64,000 nucleotides of DNA, taken from assembly GCA_964234715.1 (NCBI GenBank), contig OZ174288.1; one strand, given 5' to 3'. The notes beneath the pieces are model-generated. The model was given only the letters and a program-made list of their open reading frames with translations. It did no database searches and was not told the DNA's origin. The translations under genes and the position numbers were made by a program. The DNA is from Podarcis melisellensis. Taxonomy: Eukaryota. Below are positions 11,344 to 25,371 of this stretch, piece by piece (position 1 is the stretch's first letter; each line of letters begins with the position of its first letter).

Positions 11344-13359
11344 CCACACATGATCACTGGAATAATCACAACTAGATAGTACCCGTGAAGCACCTCATAC
11401 ACTTAAACATAGTATGGAAATATTAAGCAATACAAAGCAATATAATAATGTACGGTGCAGACCCCATTTTTCTCCTGCTGCAGCTTCTGAAGTTTACATT
11501 GTTGAAAGCCACCCTGAATAAGGCATAGGCCTAGTAGAGCAGGACATATATTTTAAAACATTAAATAAATAAATACCGCCTTAAGCTCCCTAGCAAATGT
11601 CAATACTAGAAATCACAGCCATGAAAAACATTTCTGATCTATAAACAAGCCAACCTACAGGAACGTAACAGGGAAACAGGTATATTCACAGAACAAAAAC
11701 AGGAGCAATAGAATATGTTATCCTCTTTCTTCATACAAACAAAAAGGAACTGGATTTCAGATGAGGTGTCCAGTTTGAGTTTCGATTCCCTCCCTCTATC
11801 CCCCACCTCAGTGCTAGGCCTGCTAGGCAACCCTCTCAAGAACCAAAAATTATAGCTTGCAGTTTAATGCCATGTAGCAACCGCAGGTGCCTTTATAATC
11901 CAGATTATCTGACTTTTTTTAAAAAAAAGTGTTCTGTTATTCTGGATTCATCCTGCAACTGTCCTACCAAAGTAATAACAAAGGTGAGAATTCAAAGTTA
12001 ACACCACTACTACTTTACATATTTCCCAAATCAGCCATGTTAGCTTGGTAGCAGACCTAAAAGCAAATTGGAATTTGCAATTTCCCAGTGAAAGGAAGAA
12101 GTGTCATGATCTCACTCTCATGTTACACCGCTGCTACTAGCAGTTCATGTTTAGCTCAAGTTGGCTGATGATTAGAACTGGCCCCACAGATACAACATAG
12201 GAAGCAACAGTCAAAACAAGCCGACTCAAATTAGGTAGAGACAGCTACTTACAAACCCTTTATACTTCCAGACATTTGTTAAGATTCTCAGGAAGCCAAA
12301 TTTCACAGGAGGTCATGAAGATACTGAGCACTGTCCAGTTACTATGGCACAGGTTTTCCTCTTTGTGCCAGAAGCATGTGGAAAAAGGGAGAGCATCTCT
12401 GAGTATGTGCAGAAAGCTCTCGCCTCACCCTTCACAATCAGCTCACATGCATCTGGGATTAAAGCAGGTCTTTCAGATGAGATTGGATGGTCCACTCCCT
12501 GCCTCCAGCAACTTGTTTTAGAAGTAAAACGTTGCCTTCCTGTGACCACCCTGTTACACTTCCTTGCACAGGAACTCAGAAAACCAAAGACTAAAAATAT
12601 TCAACACCAAAGGGCATCCAGAGGTTCAGCTGAGAACTTCTGAAGGTGGCACTGTTTCTTGGAGGAAGGGTGGTTCTTCCAAACTTTGGTCTTTTGTTCT
12701 TTCTAGCGATTATTCTGTGAAATTGAAAGCCAACCTTAAAAGACAAGAAGAAGGGTAAAGATTGTTCCCAAATTCAAACAACAGGCTAGGAAATGTACAG
12801 GAACAGAAAAAGGTAATGTAGTGGGGGGGGGGGGAGTCTGCAGAATGTCAAAATGAGTCTTGCTTTTTGCAGTAATATATGTACCATAAGAGGACAGCAA
12901 ATTAATTGCTGAGATGATTCCTAGAAATTTAGTAGGTTGGTGTTAATTTGGCACTGTCAGCTATGTCAGAAAACATGTCACCAGGCAGCAACCACAACTA
13001 ATCTGCATATTTCAGATGCATGTAATTAATGTAATTTGCATACTATCTTCAATGGCATGGCAGGCATCATAAACAATTGGTGGGCGTTACATTTATTCTA
13101 TAGCATTTATATTCAAGAAGGCTCGTCTGCCACTAACGTGAAAAATATGAGTCAGTCATTGACAAATGGAGACCAACTGAATTTCAGCTTATTTGTAATT
13201 GCTTCCTTGTATTGTCACCATATTTTAAAAACTTGTTTCCACAAGAATGAGAGCTAGAGACTTGTGTTTTAATCTGACTGTAAGACAGAAAAGAAATGAT
13301 TCCAAGTAGGGCACCATACAGATATTGTTACTCACCCTAGTCTATTTGAATTAGGGTAC

Positions 13360-13900
13360 ACAGTTTATTTGGTTTTTATCTCCAATTATTTCTATCTTGC
13401 TATCTAAGAGGTAATCAAAACAGCTAACATGAATTTATAAAAACACAAATAAAGACACGTAAAATTAAAAAGAAAACTGGGTTATTGCAAGGATCAAATG
13501 GGGGCAGATCATGTATAGGAAAGATGTGATAGAAATGAAATGAAATAATAAATAGTTTAAAAATCTGAAGACAATTCAGCACATTAAAATACAAAGTTTG
13601 AAATGACTATAAAAAGGCTTTCATATCCTGCTGAAAGGGCAAGTGAACTTCCCTCAGGGGGACATTCCATAGCTTTGGTGCCACAACTGAGAAGACCCTG
13701 TCCATCATGCTCACCAGCCACACCTCTGAAAGCAAGGGGAGACAGAGTAGGGTCTCCAGTGATTGTTTAATTATTCAGGTAGGTTCTGATAGAAGAAGCT
13801 ACTTTTTGAGATATCCTGGACCCAGAGCATTTAAGGATTTATAGATCAAAACCAGAATTTTTAACTGAGCCCAGAAACAAACTGGAAGCCAATTCCACTG
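13360..13900 (-). mobile_element. L2 LINE 3' fragment abutting the assembly gap
   Basis: Reverse complement AGGGTCTTCTCAGTTGTGGCACCAAAGCTATGGAATGTCCCC (R.FSVVAPKLWN-like). Confidence 0.65.
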
Positions 13901-13906
13901 TTCGCT

Positions 13907-14106
13907 NNNNNNNNNNNNNNNNNNNNNNNNNNNNNNNNNNNNNNNNNNNNNNNNNNNNNNNNNNNNNNNNNNNNNNNNNNNNNNNNNNNNNNNNNNNNNN
14001 NNNNNNNNNNNNNNNNNNNNNNNNNNNNNNNNNNNNNNNNNNNNNNNNNNNNNNNNNNNNNNNNNNNNNNNNNNNNNNNNNNNNNNNNNNNNNNNNNNNN
14101 NNNNNN
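13907..14106. other. Assembly gap (200 N)
   Basis: Run of exactly 200 N; true size unknown. Confidence 0.99.
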
Positions 14107-15103
14107 GGAAGGGGTGGAGCCTTCACTTCTATGTAAGTTCCCAGACTAAGCTGCTGTGGTCTATGAGAGGGAAGAGGATGAATGTCAACACACCACACAC
14201 TTTCAGTCCTCCATACCATGCTTTGGATAATTTCTAACATGCTGCCTGAACTGAGTAAACAAGTTCAGGAGACTCACATCTCTGACATGCATTTATATGC
14301 TTCTTCCAAAGCCCTTTTTCTCTTTGGCATCAACCCAAATCCTGTCACTGAACTACTGTGCAGGAGAAGAACCTAGGAGATCCCTCAGCCCCAAGCTGTG
14401 GTTTAATCTCTCACTCTCCCACATCCAGAAACATTTCCCATCAATTATCCAATATCAAAGAACAGATAACAAGCAGAAAAGGGAGCCCAATGTAGGCCAT
14501 GCCTGTAAGACAAGAAAAACACTTGGCAAGACAGATCAAGGAGCAAAAGCCACATGCTACAGTGAAGGGTGAAAAATTGCCAAGATATACCTGCTTATCT
14601 GGCCAGAGTGGAGAGGAAATGTGGGAAAGTTCAACAGAAGAATTTATAGTCACGGAGTATAAAAGACAAATTCAACAGTGCAACTCCAGCAAAGAAAAAT
14701 CCTTTCAAATGAGCTCAAATAGGGGATGAAATCACAAGGGTGCCCTTTACATCCTGAACCCTTGCTTAAGTGCCTTCCTGACTTTTATGACAGTAGAGGC
14801 TGAGTTATGGAGTGATCACTGGCACAGGGGGGAAGCATGTTTATGTTCAGAATTGCCCATCTAAACGGCAACTGTTTGTGAATGAGATGGAACACGAAGA
14901 TGGTATCAAAAGCAGAGTTCCATATGGTGGTATCAGCCTTTTGCCAAGGATGCAATATCTTTTTACCGGTTAATTAAAAGCTGTATTTTTCATGCAATTT
15001 TCAGTTGACAACCAACATTCAGATTGTTCTTTCACAGCTTTCCGAGGCTAGTTTCTTTAAAGCCTAATGCTGCAGCAAGAGCCTACCAGCTTGGTCTCTC
15101 AAG

Positions 15104-15245
15104 CATAGAATCATAAAGTTGGAAAGAACCCTGAGGAGCATCTAGTCCAACCCCTGCAGTGTAGGAATAAGCAGCCGACCCATATGGGGCTCAAACCTGC
15201 AACCCTGGCTTTATCAGCATGACGCTCTAACCAACTGAGTTATCT
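15104..15245 (-). mobile_element. tRNA-Ile-derived SINE with CR1 3' tail
   Basis: Reverse complement ATAACTCAGTTGGTTAGAGCGTCATGCTGATAAAGCCAGGGTTGCAGGTTTGAGCCCC resembles tRNA-Ile; tail TTCCAACTTTATGATTCTATG. Confidence 0.8.
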
Positions 15246-18200
15246 CTGATCCAAGTCCATACTTTAAAGCTGTCTCTTGTTACCATTGCCTCACCCTCGT
15301 TTTCACCCATGCTTTCCTATCCAGAAGGGCCTCCTATCAATTCCTGGGGTGCTCATCATGCCCTTAATTTTTGAGTCCCCACCTCCCCACAAAATGATAA
15401 ATTTGAATAAGATGTTTGATCTTTGCTTACCTGCCCCAAGCTTTTGGGATGGCAGGGATTGATAAAAAGAGTGTTTATCATCCACACAGTGCATTTAAAG
15501 TGTTCAAAGTGCTTCACATTTGCTATCTCACTCATCCTTACCACAAACTGTAGAGAACATGCTTGGCATGCAAAGGGGCCACTGATTCAGTCCCTGACAA
15601 CTCCAGATAACATTGGGAAAGATCCCTCTGAGAGGCCATGGAAAACTGCTGTCAGCCAGTAGGCCTGGGCGATAGATCAATATGTTGCCCAGGACTGGTA
15701 TGAGGGGCAGACTGCAATGGTGGTTTCATTCAGCGGTATATTGCTACTGAAACTGCCACCAATCCAGAGTCCCTCCAGCACCCAGCACAGCAACGGAGAA
15801 ACAAGTTGCAGCCAGCTGCTGGATGCAGAGCAACTCAGAGCCACAGCAATATACTGTACTGCTGAGTGTAACCACCATTGCAGTCTGCCCCTCAGGCCAG
15901 CATAGAGTGAGAATCAAGCTGCATTGGCCAGGGCAGACGCAGTTTGTTCCTCCCTCCTTTTCTTTCAACTGCTTGGCTGAGGAGCGCGTGGCTGCCCTCG
16001 CCTCAGCCAAGCAGTTTTACAGAGCCTCCAACTCTCCTGCTTGCCACTGCACACGAGCAGGAGAAGGATCTGGGCTCCCTCAGCTGGGGAGCAGGAGGCT
16101 TTGCTAGGTATCCCAACAGTCTGACTTGGTATAAGACAGCTTCCTATGTATCAACATCCTCATATTGCAGATGGGAGTGTGCAAGAGAATAGCACCTTGC
16201 CTAAGGCCTTCTAGTGAGTCTGTGATCACTAAGCTCTGCACAACCCCCTGACCATATGGAGAGGGTGATGACAGAGGCTAGATCTGAATCATGGCCTTCC
16301 AGGTTGACTGCTCATACCTGCATCCACCATGCTCAAGGAGTTCTCAGCAATAAACTGAATGAATAAGTATATAAAGAAATCTGCAATGGTGCATGGTCCT
16401 GCTATGCATGCGCAGTGAAGCTTCTGCTTCTCCGCAACCCTCACTGGCATCTGGCCGGGTCCAAAGTGGTCTTCAGCACATGCGCAATACACGGCTGTGA
16501 TCTTTGCTGGGAGACTGCCCAGCATCTTGCTGTCAGCAGCCTGCTGGGCCATCCTAACCAGAACATCTGCTGTTGTTTATACCAGCAAAATTAGTGGACT
16601 GCCTACTGGTACCTGTTCATCTTTAGATCAAGTTTAGGAGGGAACAAATCCCGGTCCAAAAGTGCAGGAAGTAAACAGTTTGCAAGCAGGGACCTAAAGT
16701 ACAAGGTTTTGTCTCCCGCCGCATTCACGTAACATGACAAGGTTTCTGGATCGCAATACCCCAGTGCTTTAGTGATGACAGAAAATTGGTGTGCTATGCT
16801 GAAAAGAGTGGGCAAGTGGTAGCCTATGCCATTAACAAACACTGTCATTTTAGAGATCACAGCATGAAAGGTGAGTTCTGAAGAGGAGCTTGATTACTGT
16901 TGCCCCGGTGCAAAGTAAAAACTGGCAAAAGACCAAACAACTGAGCAGATTCACAAAATACTTCACAAAATGTCTACTTTTAAGCAAAGACAAAGTGCTT
17001 CAGAGCCAAGGATGACAGCTTTGCAGAGTTGCCATTGAAGTCTTTGCAGCATTTCAGCAAGTGCCCACCTTGGCTGATTTGCTGCCAAATTGCTGCACAA
17101 AGTGAGTCACCCTGGCTGCAGTCTGGGGTGGGCAGAGAATGAGATGGGGAGAAGCACTGCTGGAAATGTGATTCCAAGCCACAGATGCATCCTGCATCAG
17201 TGGGAAAAGCCATTGCTCAGAAGTAAAGCTCCTGCTTTGCATTCAGAAGGTCCGTGGTTCTATCCCTGGCATCTCCAATGAAAATGATCTTGGGTATTTG
17301 AGCTGGGAAAGGCCTAAGACCTGACGGAGAGCTGGCAGCCAGAAGAGTCTCATAAATTTCATAGTAACAAGGTCCCATGTTCAACTCAGCTCTCATTTTA
17401 GGAGGAAATTTTGCTTCTATTCTCAGTTCCCTCACTACAGCTATATGGAGAGCTTCAGGCTTTGCTGGCCCTAAAGTTGACAGATCTATACATTCCTGGC
17501 AGCTCCTGACACCAGCAGAAGCAGAATAAAATAGCAAAAATGCCAAATTATGCCAAATAAGAAATTGTGCTTATTTGTAAATTAGCGTAATATATCAAAG
17601 TAAAAGAATTTAAATTTTCTGGGTGCATAAGGTGAGCAAGGCATAGAAAAAGATGGGATGGGAAGAATTCACATATAATGCACAAATAGAACATGAAGAA
17701 AGCAAACCTAAGGGATTCCCTAGCATTAACCTCATTCCTTGCTTCAATGACAATCAAAATACTGTCCATAATTTAAGAGCATTTTTTTTAATCTGCTCAA
17801 TTCTAGAGACAGAAATTCACAGCCCCTGTCTGCCTTTGAGGCACATTAAAAAAAAAGAAAGGCACATACAGTAACTGAGGGAATAGAACAGCATCAGATG
17901 ATCTTCAATAACAGAATCCTGCTGGGCGCAGCTACCCTACAGGCCATCACAAAGCTTTATCACACCCAAGGCAGAGGAAATGCTAATTAACTTCTCACTT
18001 TTTACTTGATTCCATATGGGCTTAACTTTAAAAGGAGGGCCACCCACCTGCTTCCATTTGCCGATTTTCTATCTCTGTCTGGCACGCCAGCTCTAGACAA
18101 ATATAAGCTCTCACAAGCTCACAGGTTCAGAACAAGCAAGGTTTTTAAACAGTGGTTTAAGAACCTGGTTTGTTCCAGCCCTGGTAACCAGTTTCCTTGT

Positions 18201-21200
18201 TGATGCCATCGGAAACTGTGGTCAATTAATCCAGGAAGTGTTGAATTGCCTTACTCTGAGAAGGGAGGGGGAAGAGGCGGTGTGAGGACACAGCATGTGG
18301 GCACAAGGCTCATGGCTATATTGTCTAAGCTGAGAAATGTATGCCCAAACCAGTTTGGAGAAGTCCTCCACTTCTGGGCAGAGGAGAAGAATAGGCTCTT
18401 AGCAATACAGCAGATTATGAGGTACTCCTTAGATCAGAGTTGCTTGTTACTCCAGGCAAGAGGCAGTCTCTACAGCTTTATTTGTACTGAGAGACTCCCT
18501 TTGCCTCTGCCTTGCTCTTCCCGTACTGGGCAGGGGACAGGCTGACAACTATTTGAATGGTACACAGAAGACACCCCCCTCCACTAGAGCATGTGTGTCA
18601 CCAGGCATAGATAAAAGCCTTATTACATAGGACTTGAGCTGCTTAGGTTTTAATAGAAGCAACAGGGCAATACCATTATAAGAACCAATGAAAAGGTTGC
18701 AATGAACTTCACAAGCTTTCATATGCTTTAAAACTATTCAGTTGGGCAGGATAGTAAGCAAAAACAAGTTAAAACCTCAAGCATTGCCTAACATAGCTAA
18801 TGCAATAGCTCTATCATTCCATTTAAAGATTATTACAAACTATGTTTTCAGATAGCCCACAAGATATTTTACTTTCTCCGCCCGTGCTTTTTGTTTCCAG
18901 TATAACATCCAACCTGATGAATTCTGTGGAACTTGAAAGTTTTCTCACATATCTGCTGCATGCAGATATTAATCTAGAGTCACTTTTGGATTATTATTAT
19001 TTTTTAATGGGACAAGAGGGCTACTTGCAAAATGTTATTTTATAGTTCAGTTTTCATTATGGCTGTGCAAGGGTTATTTTATCGGCAGTAGAAACACAGT
19101 CCAAAAAATACAAATCATTGCAACCCTTTAAAAATGCCATCAACTGAAGGTATCTCAAAACTTTTTGAGTGTGTTATTTGCACTGCCTAGGGAGGTTCTG
19201 GCATTGCATTTCTCAAACAGCTGTCCTTTGATGCAGCACAGCAAATCTCTTCTTGAAACAGAAGAGAGATTCAAGAGTGATTTTGTGATATGGCGCCCGA
19301 GTCTGCTGTTCAAAGCAAGTGAAAGTTCAGATTCCACAATAGCTGCTTAGATCCTGGCCTTCGATAGCATCCTGGCTTCTTCTCTTTGCTACAGCAAACA
19401 AAAATGCCCAGTCTAATGCCACAGTACACAATAAGATTTGGTCCCTTGTTATATCCTACACCATTTGTCAGAGGACACCACCAAAACCAGAGCACCATCA
19501 GTCTTCCAAGGACAAGCATGAATTGTGTGTCAGGGGAGAGAATAACTGAAACAGCTGTCTGGTTTTCTAGACTCTGGAAAAGCTCAGAGGGGAGTTGACT
19601 ATTTGGAGTGTTCTCCATTAACCTCATAGTCTCCCCTTCCCCACCTCCTCCCTTTCCCCCTCCTGCTCCTGAAAGTATCTTAGGGCAAATGCAAGCAAGT
19701 GCAAAATTAGCTGCTTCAACAGCAGGAGTGCAGAGTGCAGCCTGTTGCCATGCTTAAAACCAGCTGACAGCCTCTGCCTTGCCTGTGGGAGGGAGGTGGG
19801 ATGAAGGGACATGCAGCTGTTACAGACACTGCAGAAATGAAAGATCATTCCTCCACCACCAGGCAGTGGGAAAGTTATTCTCTACGGCAAATGGCTAAAT
19901 CTGACGGCAATTGCATCCCTCTCTAGAGGGAAAAATTGCTAAGGCTAGTTTAGAGCTAGCTGTAACAGGCAACTTGCAAAGGAGTGCGCCACTATTTCTC
20001 GGCAGGCAAGAAGGAAACCAAACCTATTTTAATGATTCTCTCCTTTCAGTTACTTCACAGAGCTATTTAGTAAATGTCTGCCCTCCAAAGGGACAATTTG
20101 GAAGAACAAGCCACAGTTGGCACTGGGATCTGAGATGAGAGAGAAGGCCAAATGAGGTTGTTCCTAGGAAGCATTTACTGCCCAAGGATCAACACGGAGG
20201 AAACCGGATTTTGCCATTCAAAGGTTTCAGGCCCACAGTGTATAACTATACGGGGATTTTAAAACTGTCTACCCCATTTTTCTAGCATACTGGGTCCTCA
20301 CCTAACTTCATAAGGCAGGCAGATCTGAGCAGAAGGCAAGTACTTATGGGAGATCCATGTAGAATGTGTAGCCTTCAAAGAGGTGAACAGGGAACAACAT
20401 GCAACGCCCTGCAAAATGCAGTATCCTCTCTCCAGTTATTGCATTATATACTTACACTGAACACGACATAGCATGTGAATAATCCTGAATATAAAGGCAG
20501 GGAAGAGGGCTCATATATTCCTTACGTAACTGAACTTTGATATCACTTTTTTTTTAAAGTACACTGCATGTTTGTCAATCCAGTCCTGAAAAGGTTAAAT
20601 TATATGATCACTTTGGTCCTAAGATTGTCAAAAGCTCATATTTAAAATCCCAGGCTCACATACATAAAGACATTAGGCCAAGATAAGAAACCTGTGGCCC
20701 TTCAAATAACAACTCCCATCATCTGTGACCACTGGCCATGCTGGCTGGGGCTGATGGCAGCTGTAGTCTGCAATATCTGGGAGACTACAGGCTCCCCATT
20801 CCTGCCCATATTTCAGATGCCGTCAGATTCATATTTTAGACCTCAGACTCGGATTATATTCCTGAACCTTAGAACTAAAAAGCTGTGAAAGCTAAACAAG
20901 AACAAAGTATGGTTTGATATGGCTTGACCTTGCACACTGAGAAGCTTCCGTGCAGCAACAAAGGTTGTTTGGGTTAAGGACTCTGGCACCTGCTGATAAG
21001 ACAACTGAAGTACAGGACTTGGATACTAATGAGAAGTATGGCCTTGACAAAGAGTCCCATGAATGGCACCTGCATTAATAATAGGGGAGGGGAGGTCCTA
21101 ATTTGACAGTGCCACATCTGAAGAACCAACAACAATGCTACGAGCCTGGTGCAACTCACCTCGTGTTCTAAGAACGACAAGAAGGTGGCACAGGTGACTA

Positions 21201-21523
21201 GAAGTCCAAAAAAGATGTACCCATAAAGAACCTACCCACTAAATAACGGAGCCAGATGCTGGACATGTCGGAGCAGCCTCAAAGAAACAAGTTTAAACAT
21301 CCCCAAAGCAAAATATGAAAATAAACAGGGCATATGGAAATCTCACCACTGTTCAGTGAATGGTCAGTCTCACCCACCAGAGTATTATGTTTAGAGAGCT
21401 CCAATTCAATTACCCCTTTAAGTGTTGTAAGGGTTTAAGTGTTAAGTTCAGGCTTTTAGTTTCTGGTGCCAAGGACTTTTTCTTAAAGGACATATTACTA
21501 CGCTTGTTTACCTCATATACATA

Positions 21524-21749
21524 CAGTGGTACCTCAGGTTACAGGCGCTTCAGGTTACAGACTCCGCTAACCCAGAAATAGTACCTCCGATTAAGAACTT
21601 TGCTTTAGGATGAGAACAGAAATTGCACGGAGGCGGCGCAGTGGCAGCGGGAGGCCCCATTAGCTAAAGTGGTACCTCAGGTTAAGAATAGTTTCAGGTT
21701 AAGAACGGACCTCCGGAATGAATTAAGTTCTTAACCCGAGGTACCGCTG
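21524..21749 (+). mobile_element. Tc1/mariner(pogo)-type MITE, copy 1
   Basis: TIR CAGTGGTACCTC...GAGGTACCGCTG with TA on both sides; closely similar to the copies at 39239, 50990 and 61053. Confidence 0.88.
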
Positions 21750-22837
21750 TATTTAATAATTTAACTGCCATATTTAACCTCCCAGAGAAGCTTCACAATG
21801 CTTTAACCTTGGTTTAAAACAAAACAAAAAACAAGCAATGTGCAGAGAAGTGGATTTAGCATGTTGAGTCTTCGGCATTTAGAATCAAGAGGCATACAGG
21901 GAGGCGCTGAGGGGAAGTCAGGTCATTTAACCACCAACTATGTCAGCAGCACAACTAGTTACTTTGCTCACCGCTTCTGTAGTGCAAGCTTTCTTAACAG
22001 CATGTCTTTTGTTTTAGCTCAGGTTTCTTTTACATTTCATCTCACTGCTACCAAATCATTCAAAGAAATAATGCAAAGCAATTAATTCCATACTAGTTGC
22101 AGATCTGTACCGTTTGCATGGTGGCTACAGGAACTCATACTTTTAATGACAAACTATTGCCTTTTCTATGCCTTTTAAAATGTGATTTGTTAGACTGAGT
22201 CTGGCGTGCTGTTTTTGTCCCTCTTTGGACCTGGGCTTTGCTACCCTCTGGGGCATTTCAGACCCAAATGAAGTCCAGATTCTGTAAATTATAATTGGGG
22301 TGATCACAATTTCCGCACCTTGAATCAAGACAATTTATGTGCTGCTGGCTAATATGAATGTGAACCAGGCTTCTAACGCTGCCCACTGTAAACACACACA
22401 CACACACAGACGTGCATCTAAATATTTTTGGAAAATTGTGAAAAAAGGCTGAAGGCCAATTTTAATTTCTCATGCTAATTTTAGAAGCTCATCCCAACAG
22501 AAAGTATCCAACTGAACAGTTTCTATTTCTTTTCTTTTTTATTAAGCTATGCAACACATATTGGTAAAAAACACCTCTTCCCTATCTCCTTGCCAAGCTT
22601 CTTGTGGTTCTTTTCTCTCTGCCTTTATATGGTATGATACAATGCTCAGGGGCAGCAGCAATGGCAAAGGGTAATATCTCCTGGGTCCAGCAGCATCTCA
22701 TTGGCTCTTCTTGATGAGATAAGAGGACAATGTTGGCCAAAACAGATTTCACTGCTGATGCCAAAATTTGCACATTTTCAATGAATGACTGAGCTTCTCC
22801 AGGGCCAACTCTTCTGATACCAGGGGGGGAGTCTCTT

Positions 22838-23034
22838 GGGAAAGAGTCATGGCTCAGTGGTACAACATCTGCCATATCCGCAGAAGGTCCGAATTTCAAT
22901 CTCCTGCATCTCCAGGCAGGGCTGAGAGAAACCCCTGGGTCAGAAACTCTGGAGAGCTGCTGCCATGTTGAGTAGACAACACTGAGCTAGATGGACCAAT
23001 GCTCGGACTCAGTATATGGTAGCTTCCTAGGTTC
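22838..23034 (+). mobile_element. tRNA-derived squamate SINE (family with tail GAGCTAGATGGACCAATG...GCTTCCTATG)
   Basis: A/B-box-like head GGCTCAGTGGTA...TTCAATC. The body is shared with copies at about 8963-9160, 9605-9935, 15550-15700, 17201-17350, 23575-23660(-), 29110-29293(-), 52778-52910 and 54456-54640. Confidence 0.78.
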
Positions 23035-23973
23035 ATATCCTGTGTTCCTAGCATGAGCACAGAGGCATCAGAGACCTTCACACACTTCAGAACAGCTCCA
23101 GGTAGAAGAGCAGAAGTCTGAAATCCATAATTCACAAAGAATGCTTTAAATTTGCTCCCCCACTGCCCCCCAACTCCTCTGATAGCTCATTTTTCCACAG
23201 GCAGTGAAGTTTCCTAGCCTCCTAAGCAGCCTCTCTCTTATTTATTTATTTTTAAAGCAACCCTGACATATGGTTTATTAGTGCAATTAAGGGAAGAGAG
23301 TTCTCAAAGAGCAGAACACTGAACTGCTTCAGTGCCTCCATGTGTTCAATGGGCTAGAATCAACCTCCAAGCATATTTTAGCACTGCGGACGGTGGCTTT
23401 GAGCCAAGGGGCTTTGATTTGCAAATGTCCCACTGGAAGTTTTGGATATATTCCAACCTTCCCTATGAAAACTCAAGCCACAATAAGCTAGCCAGCTTTT
23501 TGCAGCACCCAAAGTTTGTAAGCAATAGTAGCACAATACTTTTATGCCAACCAAATAGCTTGCCCTTCCCCTGCACAGAATCAGACCACTGATCCGTTTA
23601 GCTCAGTACTGTCCACACTAACTGACAAGCTGTTCGGGACCAGGGTCTTTCCTAGGCATGGAAACAGTTAAGAGTGACAGCTTGAAAGCTCATCGGAGCT
23701 TCTATACAGGCACAAAGTGGAGCCATTCCAAATCTCAGCATCTGTGTAGTGAAAATCCAACCTGTTTTGCAGCAAAAGCTAGTGCGGAAAACCAGTTCAA
23801 TTTAAGACAGGAAGTACAAATAAGGACTTGAGTGATATGTCACTCTAGGTTTTCCAGTTTCAGACCAAATGCAATTACACTTCAGGAACTCCTATATTTC
23901 TGATTAATATGGCAAAAAGTAGCTAATTATCTTTGCTCTGCCCCACTTCAACACCTAGGGGCAATTAGTCACT

Positions 23974-24046
23974 AAGGGAGAGATAGGATAGCCTGAGCAG
24001 ATGGAGAAAAGGGAGAGATAGGATAGCCTGAGCAGATGGAGAAAAG
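23974..24046. repeat. Perfect tandem duplication, 35-bp unit x2
   Basis: AAGGGAGAGATAGGATAGCCTGAGCAGATGGAGAA occurs twice. Confidence 0.92.
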
Positions 24047-25346
24047 CAATCAATGGCTCTATGGTCCTCTTTGCTTACATCTGGGATAACACAGAATCCT
24101 CAGCTTTCAGATCCTGGCTTACATGTGGCTACTTTCCACATGAAGAGTACAGTATAACATATAAACCAGGCTCAAATGTGCATATGAAGAAGGCTTCTGG
24201 GGAAAGAGTCTAGAATTCTGGGTGAAATGGAGCTAGTTCAGGCAAGACCTTTCCCAAGTTGAAGCACCCACAAAACAGGCAGCCGGTACAGATGTCTGGT
24301 TCCCTGAAGAATCTAGTTATCCATTTGCCAAACCCAGAGTGGTAAGCCCTGGCTTGTAAAGGATGAAGGGGTTTTTTTGCCAGCGCCTGGCTGCCTAGAT
24401 TGTTATTCAGCTGGGGTCTACACTGCAATCTGTAGCACTAGTAAATAAAGTCAAGAGGAAGAGCAGAGGGGGAAATGGGTCAGCAGAGCTGTCTGCTTGG
24501 ATCACTCACACCTCCGCTACATACATCTCAAGAGTACAGCCAACCGCTGCACTTCAGCCTCCAAAGCTCAGCACACACTTGTCTCTCACTTTGGAAGCTG
24601 CCTTGCCTCTGCCATGGCAAAGAGGCTGGGCATATTCATGTCTGGGGAGTGTCATGACCAGGGCACACAGAGGAGGAGGAATCAGCAGGCCAGCAGCAGA
24701 AGCCACGGTGGTGCTGAACCCAGACTCTGGCTCCAACACCAGCCTGAGCCAGTGTCTGTCAGCCAGGAGCTACTTGAACTAGAGGCCCCTGAACTAAGAT
24801 CACTCTCCCCCCACCCCCGGCCCATTCCAAGCCAGCACTAGGATCATCAATTTATGATCTACAGGCATCAATATCATGACAGAGTGAAAGCTGTATGTGG
24901 CAGATAGGCCCACCCACCCAAGATCACACAATTTTGCCAGTGGCTTTTAAAATGCAGAGTAACTACAACAATCACAACCCTCTGATTTTCCCACCTATAA
25001 TGAGAAATGTCCATTCAAATCTACATTACAAATGGTTGTGGAATGAAGGGGGAGGAGGTAAAGGAATATATATTTTTATTATTTATTACATTTATATCCT
25101 GCCTTTCTTCCAAAGAGCTTAAGGTAGTCTCCCACTCTCCCCCATCCCTGGTTGCTCCCTAAGTCCCATAACTGACTGGGGATTTGAACCAAGGCCTCCC
25201 CACTTTAGTCTAACCACTACATTGCATTTGCTGTCTTTCATGTTAACCATCCTGACTGAGGAAGAGATGTGCATATTGGATCACGGGAGTAATCTGTTTA
25301 AAATACTCTCAAATACACAACACGTGAACAGAAAGTTGTAACATCA

Positions 25347-25371
25347 GTGCTCGCTTCGGCAGCACATATAC
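25347..25371 (+). pseudogene. 3'-truncated U6 snRNA retrocopy (first 25 nt of U6)
   Basis: GTGCTCGCTTCGGCAGCACATATAC is the exact U6 5' end. It is flanked by the 18-bp direct repeat CAGAAAGTTGTAACA(T/C)CA at 25329-25346 and 25372-25389. Confidence 0.93.

Noticed and set aside
13839-14240. 133-aa ORF containing an X run
   Set aside because: Artefact of the N gap.
25347-25371. Functional U6 gene
   Set aside because: Only 25 nt, no upstream PSE/TATA context recognised, and flanked by TSDs.
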